NCBI GenBank assembly: GCA_021806225.1
Contig: JAJZXW010000041.1
Span: 21,355-85,354 of the forward strand
Source of the DNA: Nitrospirota bacterium
GTDB lineage: Bacteria > Nitrospirota > Leptospirillia > Leptospirillales > Leptospirillaceae
DNA length: 64,000 nucleotides
Reading direction: 5' to 3'
Part shown: piece by piece, positions 45,431 to 53,817 of the stretch
Numbering within the stretch: the first letter of the stretch is position 1
Layout of the letters: the number at the start of each line of letters is the position of its first letter
Notes under the pieces: model-generated
Database searches by the model: none
Told to the model about the DNA's origin: nothing
The model's input: the letters and a program-made list of their open reading frames with translations, nothing else
Position numbers and translations under genes: made by a program

Positions 45431-46438
45431 TCAGGCGATTCCTTGGATGGAGGGTGAAGAGGAAGAGGGCATCCATGAATCCTGGCTCGCGGCCAGATGG
45501 CAGACGACCTCGCGTCCGCCTCCGGCATTCCCGAAGCGGTCCGGAGCGGCCTCCCGGCAAACAGGAAGCGCGTCCGGACATCGGGACAGGAAGGGACAGA
45601 GCCCGGGGGTTTCGGATTCACCGTTCAGGAGTTCGGCCGGAATCCCCGGATCCTGACCGACCAGAAGCCGGGTGTAGGGATGGGCCGGAGCCGTCAGAAC
45701 TTCAGGGGTAGGCCCGGATTCGATCGCCCACCCCCGGTAGAGGACCACGACGCGGTCGGAGAGGTAGCGGACGACGGACAGATCGTGAGAGATGAAGAGG
45801 AGGCTCATCCGCTCGGTCTGGTTCAGCGAGGCGAAGAGATTGATAATCTGCGCCCCGATGGAAAGGTCCAGCGAGGCGATCGGCTCGTCGGCCACCAGAA
45901 GATCCGGGGAGCAGGCGATCGCTCGGGCGATCCCGACGCGCTGGCGCCCTCCCCCTGAGAACTCCCGGGGATATCGGTCCAGATCGTGTGAGGACAGGCC
46001 CACCCGATCGAAGAGTCGGACCACCCTTTCCCTCCTTTCGGACGGGGAATTGACCAGATCGTGAATGAGGAGGGGCTCCCCCACGATCTCTCCCACGCTC
46101 ATCCGCGGATTGAGCGAAGCGTAGGGGTCCTGGAAAACCATCTGGAATCGGCGCCGCTGTTGCCGGAGCTTCCGTCCTTTCAGTGACGTCAGGTCGAGTC
46201 CGTCGAAGAACACCTCTCCCCTGGTCGGATCGAGGAGGCGCATGACCATGCGGCCGATGGTCGTCTTTCCCGAGCCCGACTCGCCGACCAGTCCCAGGAT
46301 CTCACCCCGTCGGATGGCGAAGGAGACGTCGGAGACGGCTGTCAGGAATCTTCGGGGTCCGAAGAGGCCGCGACCGGGAAGGTCGAACTCCCGGACGAGA
46401 CCCCGAACCTCGAGAAGGGAAGGGGCCTCAGGCGACAT
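45431..46438 (-). CDS. Oligopeptide/dipeptide-type ABC transporter ATP-binding protein (OppF/DppF-like)
   Basis: 335 aa with Walker A GESGSGKT, signature FSGGGRQRV and Walker B LLVADEP. It has the Opp-type C-terminal Cys-containing extension. Confidence 0.88.
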   Translation of the reverse strand: MSPEAPSLLEVRGLVREFDLPGRGLFGPRRFLTAVSDVSFAIRRGEILGLVGESGSGKTTIGRMVMRLLDPTRGEVFFDGLDLTSLKGRKLRQQRRRFQMVFQDPYASLNPRMSVGEIVGEPLLIHDLVNSPSERRERVVRLFDRVGLSSHDLDRYPREFSGGGRQRVGIARAIACSPDLLVADEPIASLDLSIGAQIINLFASLNQTERMSLLFISHDLSVVRYLSDRVVVLYRGWAIESGPTPEVLTAPAHPYTRLLVGQDPGIPAELLNGESETPGLCPFLSRCPDALPVCREAAPDRFGNAGGGREVVCHLAASQDSWMPSSSSPSIQGIA

Positions 46439-47447
46439 GGAACGGCGCTCCCAGAGGGGTCATGTCGGGATAAAAGCAAAGAGCGCCTGCCTCCCCCTCT
46501 GATTGCCAGGGAGGGGATTCGTTCCGGCAGCGCTCGTCGGCGCGGCCACACCGGGGCGCAAAGGCACACCCTGCCGGCAGGTTCCACAAGGGAGGAACCT
46601 GTCCGGGGATGGCCGGAAGCGGCGCATCCTTTCTGGTCCGCCCCGTCCCTTCGGGACGAGAGGCAAGAAGGGCCCGACTGTAGGGGTGAAGCGGGCCAGT
46701 CCCGAAAAAGCGCCGGGAGGGTGACTCCTCGACGATCCGTCCGGCATACATCACCAGGACCCGGTCCGAAATCCGACGCACGTGGGAGAGATCGTGGGAG
46801 ATGAAGAGAAGTCCCTTCGTCCGGCTCTCCCTGATCGAGGAGAGCAGGTTCAGGATCTGGAGGGCCACCGTGGGGTCGAGGGCGGTGGTCGGCTCGTCGG
46901 CGATCACCAGATGGGGGTCGAGAGCGATGGCCATGGCGATCATCACCCGCTGCCGCATTCCTCCGGAAAGCTGGTGGGGGTAGGATCGGGAGACACGCTC
47001 GGGGTCCGGGAGACCGGCAGAGCGGAGACGGTCGGCCACACACTCCCGCACCCTGCTGGCGGAGAGATCGGTATGGCTCTTGAAAAGTTCGCGCATCTGG
47101 GTTCCGACGGTCAGAACAGGATTGAGCGCGCTCTGGGGCTCCTGAAAAATCATGGAGATGCGTTGGCCACGTATCTTCCGGAGAACGGAGTCTTCCTGCG
47201 CGAGCAGGTCCATCCCCTCGAAAAGAATGTGGCCGGAAAGAACTTTTGCTCCGGGAGGGAAGAGGGCGAGGAGAGAGAGCCCCGTCAGGCTCTTGCCCGA
47301 TCCCGACTCTCCCACGAGCCCCACCACCTCGCCTTTTCCGATGGTGAAGGAGACGTCCGAAACCGGGCGGATCTCACCCTCGCGTGTCCGGAGGGAGACC
47401 GTCAGGTGACAAACCTCGAGGAGGGACAATCCTTCTCCCTGAAGCAT
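46428..47447 (-). CDS. Oligopeptide/dipeptide-type ABC transporter ATP-binding protein (OppD/DppD-like)
   Basis: 339 aa with Walker A GESGSGKS, signature LSGGMRQRV and Walker B LVIADEP. Confidence 0.88.
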   Translation of the reverse strand: MLQGEGLSLLEVCHLTVSLRTREGEIRPVSDVSFTIGKGEVVGLVGESGSGKSLTGLSLLALFPPGAKVLSGHILFEGMDLLAQEDSVLRKIRGQRISMIFQEPQSALNPVLTVGTQMRELFKSHTDLSASRVRECVADRLRSAGLPDPERVSRSYPHQLSGGMRQRVMIAMAIALDPHLVIADEPTTALDPTVALQILNLLSSIRESRTKGLLFISHDLSHVRRISDRVLVMYAGRIVEESPSRRFFGTGPLHPYSRALLASRPEGTGRTRKDAPLPAIPGQVPPLWNLPAGCAFAPRCGRADERCRNESPPWQSEGEAGALCFYPDMTPLGAPFHVA

Positions 47448-47887
47448 CAGGTCTCCTCATACGTGGCCCGGTACCCTTCCATTTCCCAGACAGAGACCTG
47501 GCGGAGGGTCAGGCCCTCCTCCTGTCCCTGAGCGAGGGCGGTGGAAAGACCCCGATGGAAGAACAGGGCGATGTTCTCGGCCGTCGTGCTCTTGTCGGCA
47601 AAAAAGGGATGGTCGTTGAGATGGGTGTGATCCACCTCACGAAGAAGCGGATCCAGCCATCGCTCGATTTCGTGAAAATCCACCGCCATTCCGAGGCCAT
47701 TCAGACGTGTGGTCCCGAAGACCGCCTCGATGGTCCAGTTGTGGCCGTGAAGACGGGCGCAGAGCCCAGGATACCCTTCAATCCGGTGGGAAGCGGCGAA
47801 CGTCCTTTTGACCGATACGGAAAATCCCATGAAAAAACCTTTCCCGACAAATTCGATTCCGGAGGGTGAGAAACGGGCCTCCGTCAA
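47447..47887 (-). CDS. queD: 6-carboxy-5,6,7,8-tetrahydropterin synthase
   Basis: 146-aa ORF with PTPS-fold motifs (FAASHRIEGYPGLCARLHGHNW...). The start may be the internal Met at 47830. Confidence 0.8.
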   Translation of the reverse strand: MTEARFSPSGIEFVGKGFFMGFSVSVKRTFAASHRIEGYPGLCARLHGHNWTIEAVFGTTRLNGLGMAVDFHEIERWLDPLLREVDHTHLNDHPFFADKSTTAENIALFFHRGLSTALAQGQEEGLTLRQVSVWEMEGYRATYEET

Positions 47888-47953
47888 AAACTGGATCCGG
47901 CCATTATAACAGATGTGGCTGTGTCTTGCGGAAGGACGAGAGATTTCCCCCGA

Positions 47954-48778
47954 TCACGAGAGGGATGCGCCCCCGGAAGCATTCCGTCGGAGCCTCTCGG
48001 GCTCCAGGATCGCCCTTCCCGACGCTCCGATTCCCTCGAGAAGCGTCTGGTAAAGGGCCAGGGCCCTGGATACGTTTGCCTCCAGGGGAGCGCCCCCGGA
48101 GAAAAGTGCCAGAGCGGACACAAGACTCGACAGGGTGCATCCTCCGCCATGAATACCCGGGAGAGGCTTCGCCGGATGGTGATAGAACCTCTCTGAGAGT
48201 GGGGTCCAGAAAAGATCCACCTTCGGCCCGTCCCCGGCAAAATGCCCCCCCTTTACAAGAATCGCGGGAGCTCCATATTGATCGTGAATCCTGCGGGCCA
48301 TGAGGGAGAGATCTTCGGGATAGCGCTCCAGCGACCACCCGGCCAGCTCCTGCGCCTCCGGAAGGTTCGGCGTGATCAGGGTAACCCTGGGGAAGACCGT
48401 GCGGGCCATCATACGGTATTCCTCGGGGGAGAATATCCCTCCGCCCTTGCCGAATCGGTAGACCGGGTCCAGAACGACCGTGGTATCGGACGGAAGGGAG
48501 CCGAGAAATCCCTCGAGCACCCCACATAGCGAAATCGGAAGCAACCCGATCTTGAGGGCTCCCGGAAGGGATTCTTCGGCCAGCGTTTCGACCATGGACG
48601 AAAAGATTTTTTCCGGGACCGGCTCCACGCGGCGGACGCCATTCAGATTCTGGACGGTGAGGCAGGTCGGGACGCCTCTCCCCCGGAACCCCAGGCTCTG
48701 GAAAACCCGGAGATCCTGATAGAGGCCGGCCCCGCCGGAAGGGTCGATCCCCGCGAACGACCAGGGATCTGGACTCAT
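47954..48778 (-). CDS. thiD: Hydroxymethylpyrimidine/phosphomethylpyrimidine kinase
   Basis: 274 aa (AGIDPSGGAGLYQDLRVFQSLG...; ILVKGGH; GGGCTLSS). Confidence 0.85.
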   Translation of the reverse strand: MSPDPWSFAGIDPSGGAGLYQDLRVFQSLGFRGRGVPTCLTVQNLNGVRRVEPVPEKIFSSMVETLAEESLPGALKIGLLPISLCGVLEGFLGSLPSDTTVVLDPVYRFGKGGGIFSPEEYRMMARTVFPRVTLITPNLPEAQELAGWSLERYPEDLSLMARRIHDQYGAPAILVKGGHFAGDGPKVDLFWTPLSERFYHHPAKPLPGIHGGGCTLSSLVSALALFSGGAPLEANVSRALALYQTLLEGIGASGRAILEPERLRRNASGGASLS

Positions 48779-49689
48779 CTTCCCTCCTTGCCGAGCGGAA
48801 CGGCCCGGGCGAGAAGATTCGTCAGAAGCATCGGATTGACGTGGGCGCCGTGAAGGACTGCGCCGTAATGAAGGACCGGTCCAGTCACTCGCCCTGTGTG
48901 TCCGACATGGCCGATCACCTCTCCACGGCGGATGATCTGTCCCGGCCGGACCCGGATGTCCGCCATATGCAGGTATTCGGTCAGAAGCCCGCCCCCATGG
49001 TCGATAATCACCATGTTCCCGTCATAGTAGAAAGAGCCGGCAAGGCGCACTACTCCGGTGTTGGCCGCCCGCACCGGCGTTCCCTGGGGAACGTCGATAT
49101 CCTCCCCCGAGTGGCGGGCCATCGGATGTCCGTTCAGATATCGGTAGGCCCCAAAGTCGTGGGTCACCCTTCCCGCGAGAGGCAGGATAAAGGACCGATG
49201 GAACTTGAGGGGAGTGTCAGGAGCGGCCAGGGCTGCAAGAATAATTGTCCGCTCCCGCTTGAGGCGTCTCAGGAGCGAGACCGGCGGCGTCACGAAGGAG
49301 CGGGCCACATGGAGCCGGGAAACCTGAAAGGATCGCGGCGTCACGTGCAGAAGAAGCCGGGCCTTCCGACCGTCCCGGAAATGAATTTCCACCGGAAGCG
49401 GGCCAGGGGAGCGCGAGAAGTCGACCCCCACCAGGGCGGCCCTCGAGAGGCCTCCCCTCTCCGGATCCAGGTCCATCCAGGGCATGAGTGGTATCCTGCG
49501 GCCCTCAAAGGTCAGAAAACGCGCCGGGGACCCTTCATGGAGCAACAGGAGCAGGAGACCGCCCTGGGGAAGGGCCAGATCCCGGTCGCGCTGTCCGCTC
49601 CCCGTCTCCGCCCCTTCAGCAGAGGGAAAGAATGCGGTCAGGAGAAGGAGCAGGAGAAAGCCCGGAAGAGCCCGACAACGCCTACCCAC
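48775..49689 (-). CDS. M23-family metallopeptidase (secreted)
   Basis: LytM/M23 motifs are present: HSGEDIDVPQGTPVRAANTGVV and MVIIDHGGGLLTEYLHM...GHVGHTGRVTGPVLHYG. Start reset to GTG 49689, just before the signal peptide, which overlaps the thiE stop. Confidence 0.8.
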   Translation of the reverse strand: MGRRCRALPGFLLLLLLTAFFPSAEGAETGSGQRDRDLALPQGGLLLLLLHEGSPARFLTFEGRRIPLMPWMDLDPERGGLSRAALVGVDFSRSPGPLPVEIHFRDGRKARLLLHVTPRSFQVSRLHVARSFVTPPVSLLRRLKRERTIILAALAAPDTPLKFHRSFILPLAGRVTHDFGAYRYLNGHPMARHSGEDIDVPQGTPVRAANTGVVRLAGSFYYDGNMVIIDHGGGLLTEYLHMADIRVRPGQIIRRGEVIGHVGHTGRVTGPVLHYGAVLHGAHVNPMLLTNLLARAVPLGKEGR

Positions 49690-50320
49690 GGGTCCAGGCC
49701 CGTCGGAGGCTGAAGGCGGCTGCGACCGGATCGGGCGTGTAGGAAAGGGCGCCCATGACCGCCATGCCGAAGGCCCCCGCGTCGCGCACCCGGGGGGCCT
49801 CCTTTTCCCCGACACCCCCGATGGCCCAGACCGGGACAGGAACTTCCCGGACAATCTCCCGAAGGAGGGGCAGACCGAGGGGGGGGCCGAAGGGCCGTTT
49901 TGAAGGGGTGTCGAAGACCGGTCCCGCGATCAGGTAGTCGGCCCCTTCCGACACGGCCTCGAGAGCCGTGGGCAGAGAGTGCACCGACACCCCGACAAGC
50001 ATCGGACGGGCCATATGGTCCCGCATCCTCGGGATCGGAAGGTGGAGTGAGGGAAGGTGCAGACCCGCGGCGCGGCCCGCCAGGGCGAAGTCCAGCCTCC
50101 GGTTGACGAGAAAGGGAAATCCGGCCGGAACGTTGTCTCGAAAAAGGCGGACCAGTTCAGAAAACTCCCATCCGGAAGCCAGTTTTCTCCGCAACTGGAC
50201 AGAGGTTATTCCTCCCCGCATTCCTTCGATGGCCCGCAGGAGAAGATCCTTCAGGGGGAATTCCTCCGGCGTCACGTAGAGGAGCGGTCCAAGAATTTCT
50301 GCGGGACGGGAGCCTCCCAT
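49682..50320 (-). CDS. thiE: Thiamine-phosphate synthase
   Basis: 212 aa of the TMP-TENI fold (VQLRRK..., VGVSVHS, DYLIAGPVFDTPSK, AIGGV). Confidence 0.85.
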   Translation of the reverse strand: MGGSRPAEILGPLLYVTPEEFPLKDLLLRAIEGMRGGITSVQLRRKLASGWEFSELVRLFRDNVPAGFPFLVNRRLDFALAGRAAGLHLPSLHLPIPRMRDHMARPMLVGVSVHSLPTALEAVSEGADYLIAGPVFDTPSKRPFGPPLGLPLLREIVREVPVPVWAIGGVGEKEAPRVRDAGAFGMAVMGALSYTPDPVAAAFSLRRAWTRG

Positions 50321-51138
50321 CAGGAACCCAGCATTCCCGAGAATGGACTCGAAGCACTGGCGTGGAGCCTCCGGGGCATCCTGCCGGCCCGGAAGGAGTC
50401 GCGGCCAGCCTGGATCGCGTGTTTCATGGCCCGGGCCATCAGAACCGGATCCCGGGCTTCGGCCACCGCCGTGTTCATGAGGACCCCCTCTACGCCCATC
50501 TCCATGGCGATTGCGGCATCAGAGGCGCATCCCACCCCGGCGTCCACGATGACGGGGAGATCGACCGTCTCCTGGATGATCCGGAGATTGTAGGGGTTTC
50601 TGATTCCGAGACCGGAGCCGATGGGGGCGGCCAGGGGCATCACGGCGGCGCATCCCACGTCGGCCAGCTTTTTCGCGATGATCGGATCGTCGTTTGTGTA
50701 GGGAAAGACGACCGATCCCTCCCGGACCAGAATACGGGCCGCCTCCACCAAGCCCACGACATCCGGAAAGAGGGTTTTCGGATCGCCGATCACCTCGAGC
50801 TTGACCAGTGGCGAAATCCCCGACTCCCGGGCCAGACGCGCATACCGGAGAGCCTCCTCCACCGTGTAGCATCCGGCGGTGTTCGGGAGTATGTGAAACT
50901 CCGACGGGGGAAGGAAGTCCAGGAGGTTCGGCTCGTCCTTCCTGAGGATGTTGACCCGGCGGACCGCCACCGTCACGACGTCGGCTCCCGACTCGAGAAT
51001 GACTTTCCGTGTCTCCTCGAAGGAGCGATATTTGCCGGTTCCGATCCAGAGACGGGAGCGGAAGGTGATTCCGGCGATGGTCATGGGATCGTCGTCGACG
51101 ATCCGTCCTTCATTTTCTGCGACGGTACCTGTTGTCAT
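50320..51138 (-). CDS. thiG: Thiazole synthase
   Basis: 272 aa ([12 protein letters not shown]..., [36 protein letters not shown]). Confidence 0.92.
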   Translation of the reverse strand: MTTGTVAENEGRIVDDDPMTIAGITFRSRLWIGTGKYRSFEETRKVILESGADVVTVAVRRVNILRKDEPNLLDFLPPSEFHILPNTAGCYTVEEALRYARLARESGISPLVKLEVIGDPKTLFPDVVGLVEAARILVREGSVVFPYTNDDPIIAKKLADVGCAAVMPLAAPIGSGLGIRNPYNLRIIQETVDLPVIVDAGVGCASDAAIAMEMGVEGVLMNTAVAEARDPVLMARAMKHAIQAGRDSFRAGRMPRRLHASASSPFSGMLGS

Positions 51139-51239
51139 GGATCCCCCTTTGCGAATATGGAGTGTCAGCTTGTTCTTTCATTTTAAGACGGACGGACCGG
51201 GGGGGCAACCGCAGGATTCAGGGAAGGCGGACCGGACAC

Positions 51240-51626
51240 CTATCCGACGTTCGTAAGGGAAGAAGAAGAGGAGGGGCGGCTGGCCCGGATCATCTCTTTC
51301 ATCTGGGAAAGATCCTTTCTCATCCTCAGAAAATCGGCCGTTCCCTTCGCGATGACGAGGAATGAAATACAGAAGGCCACCATGCCGACCCCGATATAGA
51401 CATCGTTCGGGTTCCGGCTAAAGAAACGGAACATCGCCAGACCCACCACGATGAGATTGAGGCCCGTCGTCACGTGAAGAAGAAAGTTGCGCTCGATGGC
51501 CAGAACAAACTGGTCGAACGCAATCTGATCGGAAAAGCTCAGGGGAGCGGTAATAAAGAATCGAGGAGGATGATGGGATGACTTCGAGTCGTTTTTCATG
51601 AGTGGACATCCGCCCCTTTCTACCAT
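51240..51626 (-). CDS. DUF202/YidH-like small membrane protein
   Basis: 128-aa ORF with the pattern LAIERNFLLHVTTGLNLIVVGLAMFRF followed by a second TM helix. The start may be the Met at 51599. Confidence 0.5.
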   Translation of the reverse strand: MVERGGCPLMKNDSKSSHHPPRFFITAPLSFSDQIAFDQFVLAIERNFLLHVTTGLNLIVVGLAMFRFFSRNPNDVYIGVGMVAFCISFLVIAKGTADFLRMRKDLSQMKEMIRASRPSSSSSLTNVG

Positions 51627-51777
51627 GTCTCAGACATTCGCACAATTCGTATTTTTCCGATTGTTTTTGATTCTTGAAAATTTTTCTCCAACTTTCAAGC
51701 GCCCTTTCCGACACTTATCAACCATTTTCCACAAGAAAAGCATTCTTCTGGGCCTCGTTTGTCCGATCATTTCGTGA

Positions 51778-51817
51778 TTGACAAATTTACAACAAAAAGA
51801 TATTGAGAATCATATTC
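51778..51817 (+). promoter_or_regulatory. Candidate promoter (TTGACA-17-TATTGA) overlapped by a Fur-box-like 19-mer
   Basis: TTGACA lies at 51778-51783 and TATTGA at 51801-51806. GATATTGAGAATCATATTC (51799-51817) matches GATAATGATAATCATTATC at 15 of 19 positions by my alignment. Confidence 0.4.
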
Positions 51818-51857
51818 AATACTGTGAACCAATATTGCATTTCCGGACCATCCTTTT

Positions 51858-51876
51858 TATGATATCTCCTATCATA
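51858..51876 (+). promoter_or_regulatory. Inverted repeat TATGATA-N5-TATCATA (second Fur-like operator candidate)
   Basis: A perfect 7-bp inverted repeat made of Fur-type ATGATA/TATCAT hexamers. It lies 50 nt upstream of the ATG at 51926. Confidence 0.3.
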
Positions 51877-51925
51877 TGGTACTTGGTATCACAATTCCGG
51901 CTATCTGTTGTACAAAGGAAGCTTC

Positions 51926-53008
51926 ATGGCCTTTCCCGCTCTCGTATCCAGACATTTCAGACGATTTTTTCTGACCATAGCCCTTTGGCTGACCCTTCTT
52001 GCCGGGATTTCTGCAACTCCCGCTCGAGCAGACGAGGCCACGGAAGGTCCCCAGGACGTAAACGGCGATCTCATCCCCGACCTGGCCGAAATGGCCCCCC
52101 ACTATCTCTCCTGGGGACCCAACACCAGCGGACCGATGTTCACCGGAACGGCCGAGGTCGAACCGGTCGGCTCCTTCTTCTACGAACCCTACTGGTTCGA
52201 CTACCTTCAGCCGGGCCTCGGATTTTCGTCGCTTTACATGCCGCAGAGGATCTCGATCGGCCTGATCAAAAACTGGGAGTTCGACGTCCTCGTTCCGTTC
52301 GTCGCCAACCAGGGGACCTCTCCGACAACGCCGTCAGGGATGACTATCAACGCCTTCGGAATGGGAGACTCGATCGTCTGGCTCAAGCAGCAACTCACCA
52401 ACGACGCAGACCCTTACCACTTCTGGGCGCGTCCCGCCCTCACCCTGGAGTACCAGTTCACCCTTCCCACCGGTCATTTCCTCAACCTGAATCCCCAGAT
52501 GCACACCGTCGACCAGACTGGGGACGGGAGCTTCGACGAGGGCCTGTACCTGGTCATGCGCAAGCACTTCAAGCCCTTCATGCTCTACCTGGAACTGGGG
52601 GACATCATCGAGAACCCGACCCAGGTCGGGGCCGGATTCACCTTCGACAACGCCCTCGTGACGACCCCCCAGGCCCAAACCGTCGTCAACGGCAACCTGC
52701 TCTGGTTTTCGGGGGCCTTCGAGCATGTCCTGAACGACAAGTGGGGCGCCGGCTATGTCCTCGAGTTCTTCGGAGAAAGCCAGACAGGCCAGAACCTTCT
52801 GTTCGGCCCCGCCAACGCCCCGGCCTGGAGCTTTCTCTGGGTGGATCCGGGAATCGAGATCACCTGGCCCGACACCGAACGGGTCTCGGTCACCTGGGGC
52901 CTTGCCATGGGCTTCCCCATCTACCAGTCTGACTACCCGGCCACCTACACTCCGATGGGAACGATCACTGTCTACTACAACGGTCCGTTCGGCTACCGGG
53001 GAGAATGA
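51926..53008 (+). CDS. Secreted outer-membrane-like protein (possibly the MetA-pathway/transporter beta-barrel family)
   Basis: ATG 51926 is preceded by AAGGAAG. The signal peptide ends PARA-DE and the protein is rich in aromatic beta-strand segments. The motif GMGDSIVWLK...LPTG resembles that family. Confidence 0.55.
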   Translation: MAFPALVSRHFRRFFLTIALWLTLLAGISATPARADEATEGPQDVNGDLIPDLAEMAPHYLSWGPNTSGPMFTGTAEVEPVGSFFYEPYWFDYLQPGLGFSSLYMPQRISIGLIKNWEFDVLVPFVANQGTSPTTPSGMTINAFGMGDSIVWLKQQLTNDADPYHFWARPALTLEYQFTLPTGHFLNLNPQMHTVDQTGDGSFDEGLYLVMRKHFKPFMLYLELGDIIENPTQVGAGFTFDNALVTTPQAQTVVNGNLLWFSGAFEHVLNDKWGAGYVLEFFGESQTGQNLLFGPANAPAWSFLWVDPGIEITWPDTERVSVTWGLAMGFPIYQSDYPATYTPMGTITVYYNGPFGYRGE

Positions 53009-53036
53009 AAAGAAACGATTCTCCAGGAGGTCCCCC

Positions 53037-53693
53037 ATGCGGGAACACCCCTTTTTCAGAAACATCCGGACGCGGCTTTCGTCAGGATTCCTTCTCCTTC
53101 TGAGCCTCTCCGCCTGCGCTACGCTCGACAGTCCGGCCGACAAGAGGATGGCCCTCGTGCACAGGAGCCGGATTCTTCTTGATGCGGGACAGGTCGCCTC
53201 CGCCAGGCGGCTCACGGAGGAGCTCATCGCCCGCTATGGACCATCCCCCTTTCTCCTGAACCAGATGGCCGTGATACGGGACCGGGAGGGAAGGCCCGAT
53301 ATGGCCCTCCGTATCCTGATCCATGCGCATCGCCTTTATCCGAACTCGACGGTCCTGACCCTCAATCTGGCCGATATGGAACTCGTCCGCCACGATCCAC
53401 AGGGGGCCCGGGAGACCCTCCGTCCGATTCTCGACCGGAAGGAATGGCCAAACGGCTTCCGGACCCTCATGAGCCGAATCGATCTCGACTCCGGCAACCT
53501 GGCGGAAGCCCATCTCTTCCTCCACGAAGCCCTCGTCCGCCATCCGGACAACCCCCTTCTTCTCGCTACCATGGGGCTGCTTCACAGCCGGATGGGACTC
53601 CGTAAAAAAGCTCGGGAGGACTTCCGGAAGGCCATGGCCCGAAGCGACAATCCCAGACTCAAGTCCCGGATCCTGACCCTCCTCGCCAACTGA
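53037..53693 (+). CDS. TPR-repeat lipoprotein
   Basis: Start at internal Met 53037 (MREHPFF...) with lipobox LSLSAC. TPR-like helices follow. The longer ORF-track N-terminus overlaps the preceding gene. Confidence 0.65.
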   Translation: MREHPFFRNIRTRLSSGFLLLLSLSACATLDSPADKRMALVHRSRILLDAGQVASARRLTEELIARYGPSPFLLNQMAVIRDREGRPDMALRILIHAHRLYPNSTVLTLNLADMELVRHDPQGARETLRPILDRKEWPNGFRTLMSRIDLDSGNLAEAHLFLHEALVRHPDNPLLLATMGLLHSRMGLRKKAREDFRKAMARSDNPRLKSRILTLLAN

Positions 53694-53817
53694 CCGGGGT
53701 CCGACGAAGGAGGTCCGGATCTCCATATTCTTTTCATCAGGCCCCCTCTGGTCTATACTGGTCGGGAACCCCGTTCCTCTCCCTGACCCTTCTTCCGAAG
53801 CCAGAAGGAGCCCTTCG

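Noticed and set aside
44089-45711. 540-aa plus-strand ORF
   Set aside because: It is antisense to pheS and the ABC ATPase gene. It is low-complexity, Gly/Arg/Pro-rich and has no motifs. The minus-strand frames carry class II aaRS and Walker motifs.
51139-51239. Possible TPP riboswitch in the thiG leader
   Set aside because: I read the minus strand for the THI-box core (GGGGUGC...CUGAGA...ACCUGAUCUGGAUAAUGCCAGCG). Only a loose CCCUGAAUCCUGCGG resemblance exists and no CUGAGA element is present. A covariance-model scan would be decisive.
51778-52932. 384-aa plus-strand ORF overlapping the 51926-53008 gene in another frame
   Set aside because: It is extremely Arg/Pro-rich, has no signal peptide or motifs, and starts inside the predicted promoter. 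The alternative frame has an RBS, a signal peptide and a beta-barrel-like composition.
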